From Candidatus Enterousia sp. (GTDB taxonomy: Bacteria > Pseudomonadota > Alphaproteobacteria > Rs-D84), in assembly GCA_045613785.1 (NCBI GenBank), contig JAZLBQ010000001.1, positions 2,571 through 66,570 of the forward strand: DNA of 64,000 bases, read 5' to 3'. The notes beneath the pieces were generated by a model, which worked only from the letters and a program-made list of their open reading frames with translations, was not told the origin of the DNA and made no database searches. Shown in pieces: positions 54,526 to 63,134 of this stretch (its first letter is position 1; the number at the start of each line of letters is the position of its first letter). The translations under genes and the position numbers were made by a program.

Positions 54526-55395
54526 ATGGCAGAAATTACAGCAAAATTGATTCAGGAACTGCGTGAAAAAACATCTGCAGGGATGATGGATTGTAAAAAA
54601 GCCTTGATGGAAAATGATGGCGATATTCAGGCTGCCGCAGATTGGTTGCGTCAAAAGGGTATTGTAAAGGCCGCTTCAAAAGCTGGTCGTGTCGCAGCAT
54701 CTGGCTTGGTAACTGTGGTTAAATGTGATGATATGGGCTGTGTCGTCGAATTGAATGCAGAAACAGACTTTGTTGCGAAAAACGAAAAGTTCCAGAAGTT
54801 GGTTGCAGATGTTGCAAGCAAAGCAATGGAATTAAAAGGTGATTTCGATGCAACAATGGAAGCTGTAAAAGATGATATCGCAGCAACAATTTCAACAATT
54901 GGTGAAAATATGAACTTGCGTCGTATCGCAAAAGTTCAAGGTGATAAAATCTTTACTTATATTCACAACGCTTTGGTTCCAGGTATGGGACAAATTGGTG
55001 TTGCAGTTGCAATCAATGGAACAGATGCAAAAATCGATGAAATTGGTTCAAAAATCGCAATGCATATCGCTGCAAACAAGCCAGAATTTATGACCGTTGC
55101 AGACGTTGATCCAGTTGCAGTTGAACGTGAAAAGAAAGTTTTCATCGAATCTGGTGCAACAGCAGGTAAACCTGAAAATATCGTCGAAAAGATGGTCGAA
55201 GGTCGTATTAAAAAATACTATGGCGAATCTGTTCTGGAAGAACAGCCTTTCGTTATGGACCCAAGCAAGACAGTAAAAGATGTTATTGCAGAAGCTGGCG
55301 GTAAATTGGCAGGTTTTGCATACTTTGTTTTGGGCGAAGGTATCGAAAAACGTGAAGACAACTTGGCAGATGAAGTTGCTAAAATGTTGGGCTAA
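54526..55395 (+). CDS. tsf: elongation factor Ts
   Basis: MAEITAKLIQELREKTSAGMMDCKKALMENDGDIQAAADWLRQKG.. Confidence 0.95.
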   Translation: MAEITAKLIQELREKTSAGMMDCKKALMENDGDIQAAADWLRQKGIVKAASKAGRVAASGLVTVVKCDDMGCVVELNAETDFVAKNEKFQKLVADVASKAMELKGDFDATMEAVKDDIAATISTIGENMNLRRIAKVQGDKIFTYIHNALVPGMGQIGVAVAINGTDAKIDEIGSKIAMHIAANKPEFMTVADVDPVAVEREKKVFIESGATAGKPENIVEKMVEGRIKKYYGESVLEEQPFVMDPSKTVKDVIAEAGGKLAGFAYFVLGEGIEKREDNLADEVAKMLG

Positions 55396-55409
55396 ATCGT
55401 TGAAGGTAT

Positions 55410-55439
55410 AAAAAATATCCCCCGTTTGGGGGATTTTTT
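55410..55439. terminator. bidirectional terminator (TCCCC/GGGGA family)
   Basis: AAAAAATATCCCCC-GTTT-GGGGGATTTTTT between tsf (+) and grpE (-). Confidence 0.85.
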
Positions 55440-55473
55440 ATTGCTGTTTATCTTTTTTTATTTTTCTTATTTT

Positions 55474-55995
55474 TTATTTTGCGACGATAACCATTGCTGT
55501 GCGTAAAACGGTGTCGCCAAACATATATCCAGATTGCATTTCGTCAATAATGGTATTGGTTTTGTTGTCTGGGGACTCAATAACCTGAATCGCATTATGG
55601 AACATTGGATTTAATGTTTCGCCAACTGATTCTATTTTTGTAATTCCAATTTGAGCAAAGGCAGATTCCAGGGCAAGTGCCATTGATTTTATGCCTGCAT
55701 CATCAGGTGCGTGCTTTTGTGCAGCAATAACTGCATCCATTACAGGTAGAATTTTTTCCGCAACAGACATCGCACGATTGCGGGCACGAGATTCAGCGTC
55801 CAGAGCCGCACGACGACGTGTGTTTTCAAGTTCTGCCGCCAGGCGTAAGTATTTGTCTTTGTATTCTGCCAGTTGTTCGTTCAAGCGTTCTTTTTCAGAT
55901 TTTTCAGAACTTTGTGCCTGTGGTGTGTCGTCGTTCGCTGCAACGTCATCAACAGATACTGTTTCGATTTTTACTTCTTTGCTTTCGTCTTTCAT
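55474..55995 (-). CDS. grpE: nucleotide exchange factor GrpE
   Basis: ..YKDKYLRLAAELENTRRR.. followed by a C-terminal beta domain ..FHNAIQVIES.. Confidence 0.9.
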   Translation of the reverse strand: MKDESKEVKIETVSVDDVAANDDTPQAQSSEKSEKERLNEQLAEYKDKYLRLAAELENTRRRAALDAESRARNRAMSVAEKILPVMDAVIAAQKHAPDDAGIKSMALALESAFAQIGITKIESVGETLNPMFHNAIQVIESPDNKTNTIIDEMQSGYMFGDTVLRTAMVIVAK

Positions 55996-56025
55996 AACTG
56001 TTTTTCCTGTTTATATACTATACAC

Positions 56026-56730
56026 TTATTTGACACTGGTTATTATAGGTATGAAATCATCACTTTTCAAGGATGCACCTCCAACTAAAACGCCATCTAC
56101 GTTTGCTATCGACATTATTTCGGCGGCATTTGATCCTTTGACAGATGCACCGTATAAAATTGGAGTGCCACCCAGACCCATGTCAGTCAATGTGTTCGCA
56201 ATCAACGTGTGAGCGGTGGCAATTTCAGATGGTGTGGGAGTCAGACCTGCACCAATTGCCCAGCGTGGTTCGTATGCTACAATAATCGGTGAGTTTGTGT
56301 CTGATGGAATTGATTCACGAACCCCAGATTCAATGACCGACATTGTCTTGCCTGCTTGCTTCTCGTCCATTGTTTCTCCAACGCAAATAATTGGAATCAG
56401 ACCGTTTTCTATTGCGTTTATTGCCTTGTGACGGACAGTGGAATTTGTATCGCCGTGGTATTGACGGCATTCACTGTGCCCGATAATAACGTATTTCGCT
56501 CCGGTTTCAGCAATCATTTTGGCAGAAACTTCACCAGTATAGGCACCGTGGTCGTGTTGGCTTACATCCTGAGCACCAATGTTCGTTTTTCCAGAATTTA
56601 TACCCAACATTGTATATGGAACACACAAAATAACTGTGTTCTCTGTGGAAATATTTGACAGGTCAGAAATCATTGTTTCTAGTTGCTTGCGTGAACCGTT
56701 CATCTTCCAGTTGCCAGCAATAATTTTCAT
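56026..56730 (-). CDS. tpiA: triose-phosphate isomerase
   Basis: MKIIAGNWKMNGS..IIGHSECR..VAYEPRWAIGAG.. are the catalytic Lys/His/Glu motifs. Confidence 0.95.
   Translation of the reverse strand: MKIIAGNWKMNGSRKQLETMISDLSNISTENTVILCVPYTMLGINSGKTNIGAQDVSQHDHGAYTGEVSAKMIAETGAKYVIIGHSECRQYHGDTNSTVRHKAINAIENGLIPIICVGETMDEKQAGKTMSVIESGVRESIPSDTNSPIIVAYEPRWAIGAGLTPTPSEIATAHTLIANTLTDMGLGGTPILYGASVKGSNAAEIMSIANVDGVLVGGASLKSDDFIPIITSVK
56041..56072 (-). promoter_or_regulatory. promoter for grpE inside the 3' end of tpiA (sigma32-like and/or sigma70-like)
   Basis: The minus strand reads CCTTGAAA-N15-CCTATAAT. This fits the sigma32 pattern CTTGAAA..CCxxAT but also fits TTGAAA-N17-TATAAT for sigma70. 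It lies about 45 nt upstream of the grpE ATG. Confidence 0.5.
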
Positions 56731-56798
56731 TGCTTTTTCCCTTTTTTTAATTGATTTTTATTTGCTCGTTTTGCTATGGTATCGCAAAAGGGGAACAA

Positions 56799-58211
56799 AT
56801 GCTAGAATATTTAAGAAATGCATCAGAAAAACCAGTCGCAAAGTTTTTTATCGCAGTATTGGCTTTTTCGTTCGTGGGTTGGGGCGTCGCTGAGTGGATT
56901 TTTGGCGGTGGCGTCGGTGATAATACAATGGTTCGTGTTGGAAATACTGAAATTTCTGCAAATCAATTTAGTTTGGAAAAATCTCGTGAGTTGGCAAAAC
57001 TGTCCAAAGAGCAGCAACGTGAAATATATACAGATGCCGCCGCTGGAAATGCTTTTGCACAAAAGGTTATGACAAAGTTGGCAACACAGCAAATGGCAGA
57101 AAATCGTGCAGATGATTTGGGGTTTGTCGTTAGTGATAAACGAATCGCACAGGAAATTCGTGAATTCCCTGAATTTCAGGTCAATGGTGAATTTTCTACG
57201 CTGGCATTTGATACGGTGCTGAATAATTCTGGATATTCTGAAGCAGACTTTGCTGAGGTTTTGCGTGGTAATGTTTTGCGGTCTATGGTTTTGGGGGCGG
57301 TGTCTATTGAAGTTCCTGTGCCTCAGTTCGCAGTTCAGGCAATGTATAATGCACGCTATGGCAGTCGTGAAATCGAATATGCAACAGTTGATTATTCTGA
57401 TTTTGCAGCAGAAAAACCGACTGATAAACAGTTGTCTGAATTCTATGCGAAAAATCCAAAGATTATTCCAGAACAGCGTTCGGTTTCTTATGTGTTTATC
57501 CCAGCTGAAATGGCACAGCCTGATAAGTATGAGGTTGGTTATGCAGCAGCAGTCAAGGTTGAAGATGATATTATCGCTGGCGAATCAATGAAGGATGCCG
57601 CTGAAAAGCATAGTGCAAAGTATGTCAATTTGGGCACGTTTGCACGTGATAAACGACCTGTTGATTCTGTGCTGACGGATAAAATAGTCGCAAAGTTGTT
57701 CGATATGGACGAAGGTCTGGAAAGTGAAATGATTGAAACCAAAGATGGGTTCTTGTTCTTGCGTGTTGATAAGGTTTTACCAGCACATACAGCAGAATTT
57801 GATTCTGTAAAGAATTCTTTGGTTGCTGATTGGCAAAAAGATCAAAAAAAGAAGCAGGCATATGTTCGTGCAAATGAAATCTTGGTCAAGTTGAACAAGG
57901 AAAAGGTTTTTGATGGTGCGAAAAAAGCAACTGTCTCACGTGCATCAGGTGCACCATTAGATGTTTTAGTTGCTGCTTTCCGTAATGATATTGAAACAAA
58001 TGCGATTGTTTCAGGATCAGATGCTTTCTATGTGTTGAGAGTGAAGAGTGCAAAGATGCCAACAGTAGATAAAGCAAAAATGGCAGAATTAAAAAAGGAA
58101 ATGCAGAACGTCTCGAAAAACGGAGTTATGGATGACTATAATTCGTTCTTGATGCGTGAGTATCCAATGAAAATAAACGAGAAAGTATTTAACCGTTTCT
58201 TTGGAAACTAA
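56799..58211 (+). CDS. PpiD-like periplasmic chaperone (SurA N-terminal domain protein)
   Basis: The ATG at 56799 follows AAAGGGGA. The N-terminal anchor MLEYLRNASEKPVAKFFIAVLAFSFVGWG is typical of PpiD. The parvulin region appears divergent. Confidence 0.7.
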   Translation: MLEYLRNASEKPVAKFFIAVLAFSFVGWGVAEWIFGGGVGDNTMVRVGNTEISANQFSLEKSRELAKLSKEQQREIYTDAAAGNAFAQKVMTKLATQQMAENRADDLGFVVSDKRIAQEIREFPEFQVNGEFSTLAFDTVLNNSGYSEADFAEVLRGNVLRSMVLGAVSIEVPVPQFAVQAMYNARYGSREIEYATVDYSDFAAEKPTDKQLSEFYAKNPKIIPEQRSVSYVFIPAEMAQPDKYEVGYAAAVKVEDDIIAGESMKDAAEKHSAKYVNLGTFARDKRPVDSVLTDKIVAKLFDMDEGLESEMIETKDGFLFLRVDKVLPAHTAEFDSVKNSLVADWQKDQKKKQAYVRANEILVKLNKEKVFDGAKKATVSRASGAPLDVLVAAFRNDIETNAIVSGSDAFYVLRVKSAKMPTVDKAKMAELKKEMQNVSKNGVMDDYNSFLMREYPMKINEKVFNRFFGN

Positions 58212-58240
58212 AAAAAATCCCCCGTTTGGGGGATTTTTTT
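58210..58240 (+). terminator. rho-independent terminator (TCCCC/GGGGA family)
   Basis: A8-TCCCCC-GTTT-GGGGGA-T7. Confidence 0.85.
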
Positions 58241-58345
58241 GTGGGTAAAATGTTTTGTAGGGTCGGGGTTGTTGCAAGGAATATATATTGTTTTATCTGT
58301 ATGCTGGGTGTATAATAAGTGGGAATAAAATAAAAAGGATTTGTT

Positions 58346-58657
58346 ATGGCGATGATTTATTGTCGTGAATGTGGTGCAAAACATTCTGATAAGGCGGCGT
58401 CCTGCCCAAAATGTGGTTATTCGGCTTGTGCAGAAAAATCAGTGTTGGTTTATGCGTTGTTGGCATTGTTTTTGGGATGCTGGGGCGTGCATAAATTTTA
58501 TGCAGGACATAATGGGGCCGGTGTTGCAATGCTGTTGATGGGAACAATTGGCTGGTTGTTGATTATACCGGGAATTGTGGTATGTATTTGGGCCTTTGTT
58601 GATTTTATTATTGGCTTGATAAATATGAATAATCCTGAAAATATTTTTGCTAAATAA
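58346..58657 (+). CDS. TM2 domain protein with N-terminal zinc ribbon
   Basis: CRECGAKHS..CPKCG is followed by the TM2 signature LFLGCWGVHKFYAGHNGAGVAMLL. Confidence 0.8.
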   Translation: MAMIYCRECGAKHSDKAASCPKCGYSACAEKSVLVYALLALFLGCWGVHKFYAGHNGAGVAMLLMGTIGWLLIIPGIVVCIWAFVDFIIGLINMNNPENIFAK

Positions 58658-58752
58658 TTGAACGCCCGTTTGGGCGTTTAATTATTTTTGTGTTTGTTTT
58701 GTTTGTTGCTGATGCTGCGTTCCGAACCGACGGTTCTTCGTCCGCACAGGGC

Positions 58753-58779
58753 AAAATAAAAATCCCCAAATGGGGATTT
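58753..58779 (-). terminator. terminator downstream of tRNA-Leu (TCCCC/GGGGA family)
   Basis: Minus strand: ATCCCC-ATTT-GGGGAT followed by TTTTATTTT. Confidence 0.7.
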
Positions 58780-58784
58780 AATTC

Positions 58785-58869
58785 TGGTGGCCCTGGTCGG
58801 ACTCGAACCGACACTCATTGCTGAACTTGATTTTGAGTCAAGCGCGTCTACCAATTCCGCCACGGGGCC
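58785..58869 (-). tRNA. tRNA-Leu (anticodon CAA)
   Basis: 85-nt class II tRNA folded by hand. Sequence GGCCCCG-TG-GCGG-AATTGGTA-GAC.., anticodon stem-loop CTTGA-CTCAAAA-TCAAG, long variable arm, T arm GTCGG-TTCGAGT-CCGAC, encoded CCA. One C-A mismatch in the acceptor stem. Confidence 0.9.
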
Positions 58870-58890
58870 GTGGACTCAAGCTGTATCTTA

Positions 58891-59259
58891 TTATGCAGCC
58901 TGTTTCGCTTCAACTTTTTTTACCAAACGTGCACTGCGGTTTGCCTTGTGAACTGGCTTTTTCGCAACAGACGATGGTTTGCCGACTTTCTTTTCAATGG
59001 CTTTTTTGATTGCCGCCATTTCTTCGGTCAAACGTGATACTGGTTTTGATGTTACATAACCGTCTAGACCGCCGTGCTTGGTCAATGTCCGCAAGCCAGC
59101 AGTAGAAATGCGTAATGAAAAATCACGTCCCAAAATATCACTGTGGAACTTTAATGTTTGTAGATTTGGCAAGAAAGTCCGCTTAGTGCGACGATGTGAG
59201 TGGGAAACGTTCATCCCAACTTCTGTTTTCTTACCTGTAACTTTACATACACGTGGCAT
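58891..59259 (-). CDS. rpmB: 50S ribosomal protein L28 (with C-terminal Lys-rich extension)
   Basis: MPRVCKVTGKKTEVGMNVSHSHRRTKRTFLPNLQ.. is the canonical L28 N-terminus. Confidence 0.9.
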   Translation of the reverse strand: MPRVCKVTGKKTEVGMNVSHSHRRTKRTFLPNLQTLKFHSDILGRDFSLRISTAGLRTLTKHGGLDGYVTSKPVSRLTEEMAAIKKAIEKKVGKPSSVAKKPVHKANRSARLVKKVEAKQAA

Positions 59260-59346
59260 AATACTTTACCTTTAATTTATAGCGGATATGAATTTATAAC
59301 AAATTTATACAAATGTCAAGTGATGATTTGTCTTTTTTGTTATTTT

Positions 59347-60753
59347 TTATTGATGCTCTGGTTTTATTAGGTCAGAAATCGTTTTCGCAGGCGTAAATGT
59401 GGATTGTGGTGTTTCAATAAACACGGTATTCCAATGTGCCATAGCACCGTTCCAAAGGCCCGGGCGTTCCATTGCACGTATAGGATGACCTTGGTAAGAT
59501 TTTTCCGAGATAAAGCCAGTGTTTGGATCAATGAATTTACGCAGGTCAAATTTATCTCCCTTAAAATCACGAACAAAGCAGACCAAGTCCACGGGGTTAA
59601 AATATTGACCTTGGGTTAAGATGTCTTGCTGTGATGGGGATATTTGACTGGATTCAACTATTTGTAAAGTTTCGTTGCCGTCGCTGTCAAGTGTCCAGAA
59701 TGGACCACCACCAGGGGCACCTGTGTTGGCAACCATACCACAAACCCTTAACGGGCGGTTCAGAATAGAACGTAGGTCGGCATTTGTGCTTGGGCGGTAG
59801 CCTAAATAAGTTTTTATAAATTCTTTGATTTCGTCTGTGTTGGCGGTGTCGCTATCGATTGCATGAATATAATCAAATATTTTTTGCTGGATAAACAGAC
59901 CGATATTCATTAGTTGACGTTTAGTTCTGATTGTGTCGGCACGTTTATTGTCAGGACAGACGTTGTCGATATTCTTTATAAATATAATGTCTGCATCAAT
60001 GTCGTTTAGGTTTTCAATCAATGCACCGTGGCCTGCCGGACGAAATACAGGTTGACCATTGTCATCATAAAATATGCTGTTGTCTGGATTTACGGCGATT
60101 GTATTAGTTTCTGTTTTTTGTGTTGATAATGAAACTTTGTATTCTAAGCCGAATTTAGAACGATACTCGTCGACAAGTGTTGGGATTAGTTCATTGAATT
60201 TATCAATATGTTCAGGTGAAACTGTGAAATGCAGGTTGACAATACCGTTTGAAGCAGCGTATTTTGCACCTTCGGCAAAGTGTTCTGCCAGGGCAGTGCG
60301 GTTTTCGTTGTCGTATTTATGGAATTTTAGCAGGCCTTTGGGAAGGTGACCGTAATCTAGACCTGGGGCGTTTACAATATAATTTATTATATCGTGTGGT
60401 GTTGCGTTGTCTGGCAGTATTTTCTGTAAGTCTTTGTAAAATGCGAATTTTTCAGGGTTGTCCAAGACAGATTGTGTGGTCTGGTTCATTTGACCAGATG
60501 ATAAAAAATCGAATAAATCACGAAACATACGAGTCGCAGCACCAGATGCTGGAACAAATTTTACTATTTCATAGTTGTCTGTTGAATAATCGGGGGTGTC
60601 AAATGGGGCGGTTATTCCGTTGCCCAGTGTCGCAGCAGATGTGATTTCTGTAAAGGGAAAACCTGATTTGAAATTGTTTATCTGTTTCAGGACTTCATCC
60701 AGTGTTGGGCCGTTTGGATTGTTGTATTCATTGATGAAATTTTTTTCTGTCAT
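59347..60753 (-). CDS. DUF4301-like protein (UGPase-fold nucleotidyltransferase-like, function unknown)
   Basis: 468 aa with motifs FVPASGAATRMF, RPAGHGAL and GLWNGAMAHWNT, which I recall from the DUF4301 family. The assignment is from memory only. Confidence 0.5.
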   Translation of the reverse strand: MTEKNFINEYNNPNGPTLDEVLKQINNFKSGFPFTEITSAATLGNGITAPFDTPDYSTDNYEIVKFVPASGAATRMFRDLFDFLSSGQMNQTTQSVLDNPEKFAFYKDLQKILPDNATPHDIINYIVNAPGLDYGHLPKGLLKFHKYDNENRTALAEHFAEGAKYAASNGIVNLHFTVSPEHIDKFNELIPTLVDEYRSKFGLEYKVSLSTQKTETNTIAVNPDNSIFYDDNGQPVFRPAGHGALIENLNDIDADIIFIKNIDNVCPDNKRADTIRTKRQLMNIGLFIQQKIFDYIHAIDSDTANTDEIKEFIKTYLGYRPSTNADLRSILNRPLRVCGMVANTGAPGGGPFWTLDSDGNETLQIVESSQISPSQQDILTQGQYFNPVDLVCFVRDFKGDKFDLRKFIDPNTGFISEKSYQGHPIRAMERPGLWNGAMAHWNTVFIETPQSTFTPAKTISDLIKPEHQ

Positions 60754-60838
60754 TTGCTGCTTTCCCTTGGTTTGTGATGTTTTCTATATGCTAGCCAAAA
60801 AATGATTCTGGTGCAAGTATGGGGATTTGTTCTTGTAT

Positions 60839-60869
60839 CCTTGAAAGGTGTGATTGTGGCACTATATAT
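60839..60869 (+). promoter_or_regulatory. promoter for clpB (sigma32-like and/or sigma70-like)
   Basis: CCTTGAAA-N15-CTATATAT, with the same -35 octamer and spacing as the grpE promoter. It lies 33 nt upstream of the clpB ATG. Confidence 0.45.
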
Positions 60870-60901
60870 AGTGCAAATAAAACAATTCAAGGAGCATATA
60901 T

Positions 60902-62959
60902 ATGAATCCAGATGATTTAAACGAATCGCCAAAGCAAGCGATTGAAAAATATACTACGGATTTTACAAAGTTGGCGGCTGATGGAAAGTTAGACCCTGTG
61001 ATTGGGCGTGATGAAGAAATTAGACGTGCAATTCAGGTTTTAAGTCGTCGAACCAAGAATAATCCCGTTTTAATTGGTAATCCGGGGGTTGGAAAGACTG
61101 CGATTGTAGAAGGGTTGGCGAATCGCATTGTTTCGGGAGATGTGCCAGAAAATCTGTTGAAAAAGCAGCTGTTGAGCCTGGATATGGGGGCATTGATGGC
61201 GGGTGCGTCATTTCGTGGTCAGTTTGAAGGTCGGTTAAAGGCGATATTAAAGGCGGTCAAAGAAGCCGACGGTAAAATTATTTTGTTTATTGATGAATTG
61301 CACACATTGGTTGGGGCAGGCAAAGGTGAAGGCAGTATGGATGCCGCAAATCTGTTAAAGCCAATGCTGGCACGTGGTGAACTGCACTGCTTGGGGGCGA
61401 CGACACTGGACGAATATCGTCAATATATAGAAAAGGACCCAGCGTTGGCACGTCGTTTCCAGCCAGTTTATGTTGATGAGCCAACGGTTGATGATACTAT
61501 TTCTATCCTGCGTGGGTTAAAAGAAAAATACGAAGGACATCATGGGGTGCGAATCGCTGATGCGGCGTTGGTTTCGGCAGTGAAATTGTCGAATCGGTAT
61601 ATCACAGACAGATTTTTGCCGGATAAGGCCATAGACTTGATTGACGAAGCGGCCGCTCGTGTTCGTATTGAAATTGCTTCAAAGCCAGATAGATTAGATG
61701 AAGTTGATCGCCATTTGATGCAGTTGAAAATAGAACAACAGGCCTTGAAAAAAGAAAAAGATGATGAATCCAAAAAGCGGCTGAAAGATTTGGAAAAAAT
61801 TATCAAGGATGTAGAGCAGGAATCTGCTGTTTTGACCGATAAATGGCGGGCAGAACAACAAAAGATGCGTGGTTTGTCAGATGCAATGGCGGCATTGGAT
61901 GCAGCCAAGGCCGAAGTCGCAACGGCAATGCGTAATGGCGACTATGAAAAGGCATCTGCATTGCAATATGGGAAAATTCCAGAATTAGAAGAACGTATTG
62001 CTAAAATGAATTCAGATGCACGTGAGTATAAAACGGTGTTGCCGGAACATATTGCCGCAGTTGTCAGCAAATGGACAGGTGTTCCAGCGGATAGATTAAA
62101 TGCCGAAGAACAGTCAAAATTGCTGAATATCGAAGATGAATTGCGTAAACGTGTTGTCGGTCAGGATCATGCGTTGGGTGTCGTTGCCCGTGCAATCAGA
62201 CGTAGTCGTGCGGGGCTAAGTGATCCACGCAGACCAATGGGCAGTTTTATGTTCTTGGGGCCAACAGGCGTCGGTAAGACCGAGGTTGCAAAATCATTGG
62301 CAGAATATTTGTTTAATGATGATGCTGCCATGACACGAATCGATATGAGCGAATATATGGAGCCACATTCTGTTTCACGCCTGATTGGCAGTCCCCCAGG
62401 GTATGTCGGGTATGAACAAGGTGGTGTCCTGACAGAAAGTGTTCGACGTCGTCCATATCAGGTTTTGTTGTTTGATGAAATAGAAAAGGCAAATCCAGAT
62501 GTGTTCAATGTTTTCTTGCAGATATTGGACGATGGACGTTTGACTGATGGTCAGGGACATGTGGTGAATTTCACAAACACAATTATCATAATGACCAGCA
62601 ATTTGCCAGATATGGATGCGGTAAAGCGTAATTTCAGACCGGAATTTGTAAATAGAATTGATGAAATTGTGTTCTTTAACCCATTGGGCAAAGATGTGAT
62701 GGCGGGTATTGTGCGGATTCAGTTGCATGGCTTGGAAAAGCGGTTGTCTGAACGCAGGATTGAATTAAATATCACAGACAAGGCTATCAAGTGGCTGGGA
62801 GATAATGGATATGATGCGGTCTTTGGTGCACGTCCGTTAAAACGCCTGATAACATCAGCAGTCGAAGACAAGATTGCTGATTTAATACTGACCGGTTCAA
62901 TCGGTGAGGGCAGCACAGTATATATAGATGTCAAAGGCAAGGATTTGACAGTTGGTTAA
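60902..62959 (+). CDS. clpB: ClpB disaggregase lacking the N-terminal domain
   Basis: Begins ..[32 protein letters not shown], equivalent to about residue 150 of E. coli ClpB. Both Walker A sites ([16 protein letters not shown]) and the coiled-coil middle domain are present. Confidence 0.9.
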   Translation: MNPDDLNESPKQAIEKYTTDFTKLAADGKLDPVIGRDEEIRRAIQVLSRRTKNNPVLIGNPGVGKTAIVEGLANRIVSGDVPENLLKKQLLSLDMGALMAGASFRGQFEGRLKAILKAVKEADGKIILFIDELHTLVGAGKGEGSMDAANLLKPMLARGELHCLGATTLDEYRQYIEKDPALARRFQPVYVDEPTVDDTISILRGLKEKYEGHHGVRIADAALVSAVKLSNRYITDRFLPDKAIDLIDEAAARVRIEIASKPDRLDEVDRHLMQLKIEQQALKKEKDDESKKRLKDLEKIIKDVEQESAVLTDKWRAEQQKMRGLSDAMAALDAAKAEVATAMRNGDYEKASALQYGKIPELEERIAKMNSDAREYKTVLPEHIAAVVSKWTGVPADRLNAEEQSKLLNIEDELRKRVVGQDHALGVVARAIRRSRAGLSDPRRPMGSFMFLGPTGVGKTEVAKSLAEYLFNDDAAMTRIDMSEYMEPHSVSRLIGSPPGYVGYEQGGVLTESVRRRPYQVLLFDEIEKANPDVFNVFLQILDDGRLTDGQGHVVNFTNTIIIMTSNLPDMDAVKRNFRPEFVNRIDEIVFFNPLGKDVMAGIVRIQLHGLEKRLSERRIELNITDKAIKWLGDNGYDAVFGARPLKRLITSAVEDKIADLILTGSIGEGSTVYIDVKGKDLTVG

Positions 62960-62988
62960 AAAAAATCCCCGTTTGCGGATTTTTTTTT
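62958..62988 (+). terminator. rho-independent terminator (degenerate TCCCC/GGGGA family)
   Basis: A8-TCCCC-GTTT-GCGGA-T9, with one stem mismatch. Confidence 0.7.
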
Positions 62989-63031
62989 GGCAAAAGTTAG
63001 ATGGTTTTATTTTTTTATTTTTTTTTTGGGA

Positions 63032-63061
63032 TTGACAGAAGGGGGGGGGGTCAGATAAAAT
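63032..63061 (+). promoter_or_regulatory. candidate sigma70 promoter with a G10 tract in the spacer
   Basis: TTGACA (63032..63037), an 18-nt spacer GAA-G10-TCAGA, then TAAAAT (63056..63061). A T10 run lies just upstream, and the downstream gene starts at 63135. Confidence 0.45.
63041..63050 (+). repeat. G10 homopolymer
   Basis: Ten consecutive G. This is the longest G/C run in the window. Confidence 0.95.
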
Positions 63062-63134
63062 AAACCAAAAGGTGTTAAAATTTTTTTTTAGCATTTTATA
63101 GAATGTTTTTGAAAGAAACAGGAGAGGAAATCAG

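Noticed and set aside
58678-58863. 61-aa minus-strand ORF
   Set aside because: It coincides with tRNA-Leu(CAA). The ORF is an artefact of reading through the tRNA gene.
5336-62988. Recurrent TCCCC/GGGGA hairpins as a CRISPR array or REP/MITE elements
   Set aside because: The copies are kilobases apart and always sit at gene 3' ends with flanking A/T tracts. They have no regular spacing, no spacers and no terminal inverted repeats. They are best explained as intrinsic terminators.
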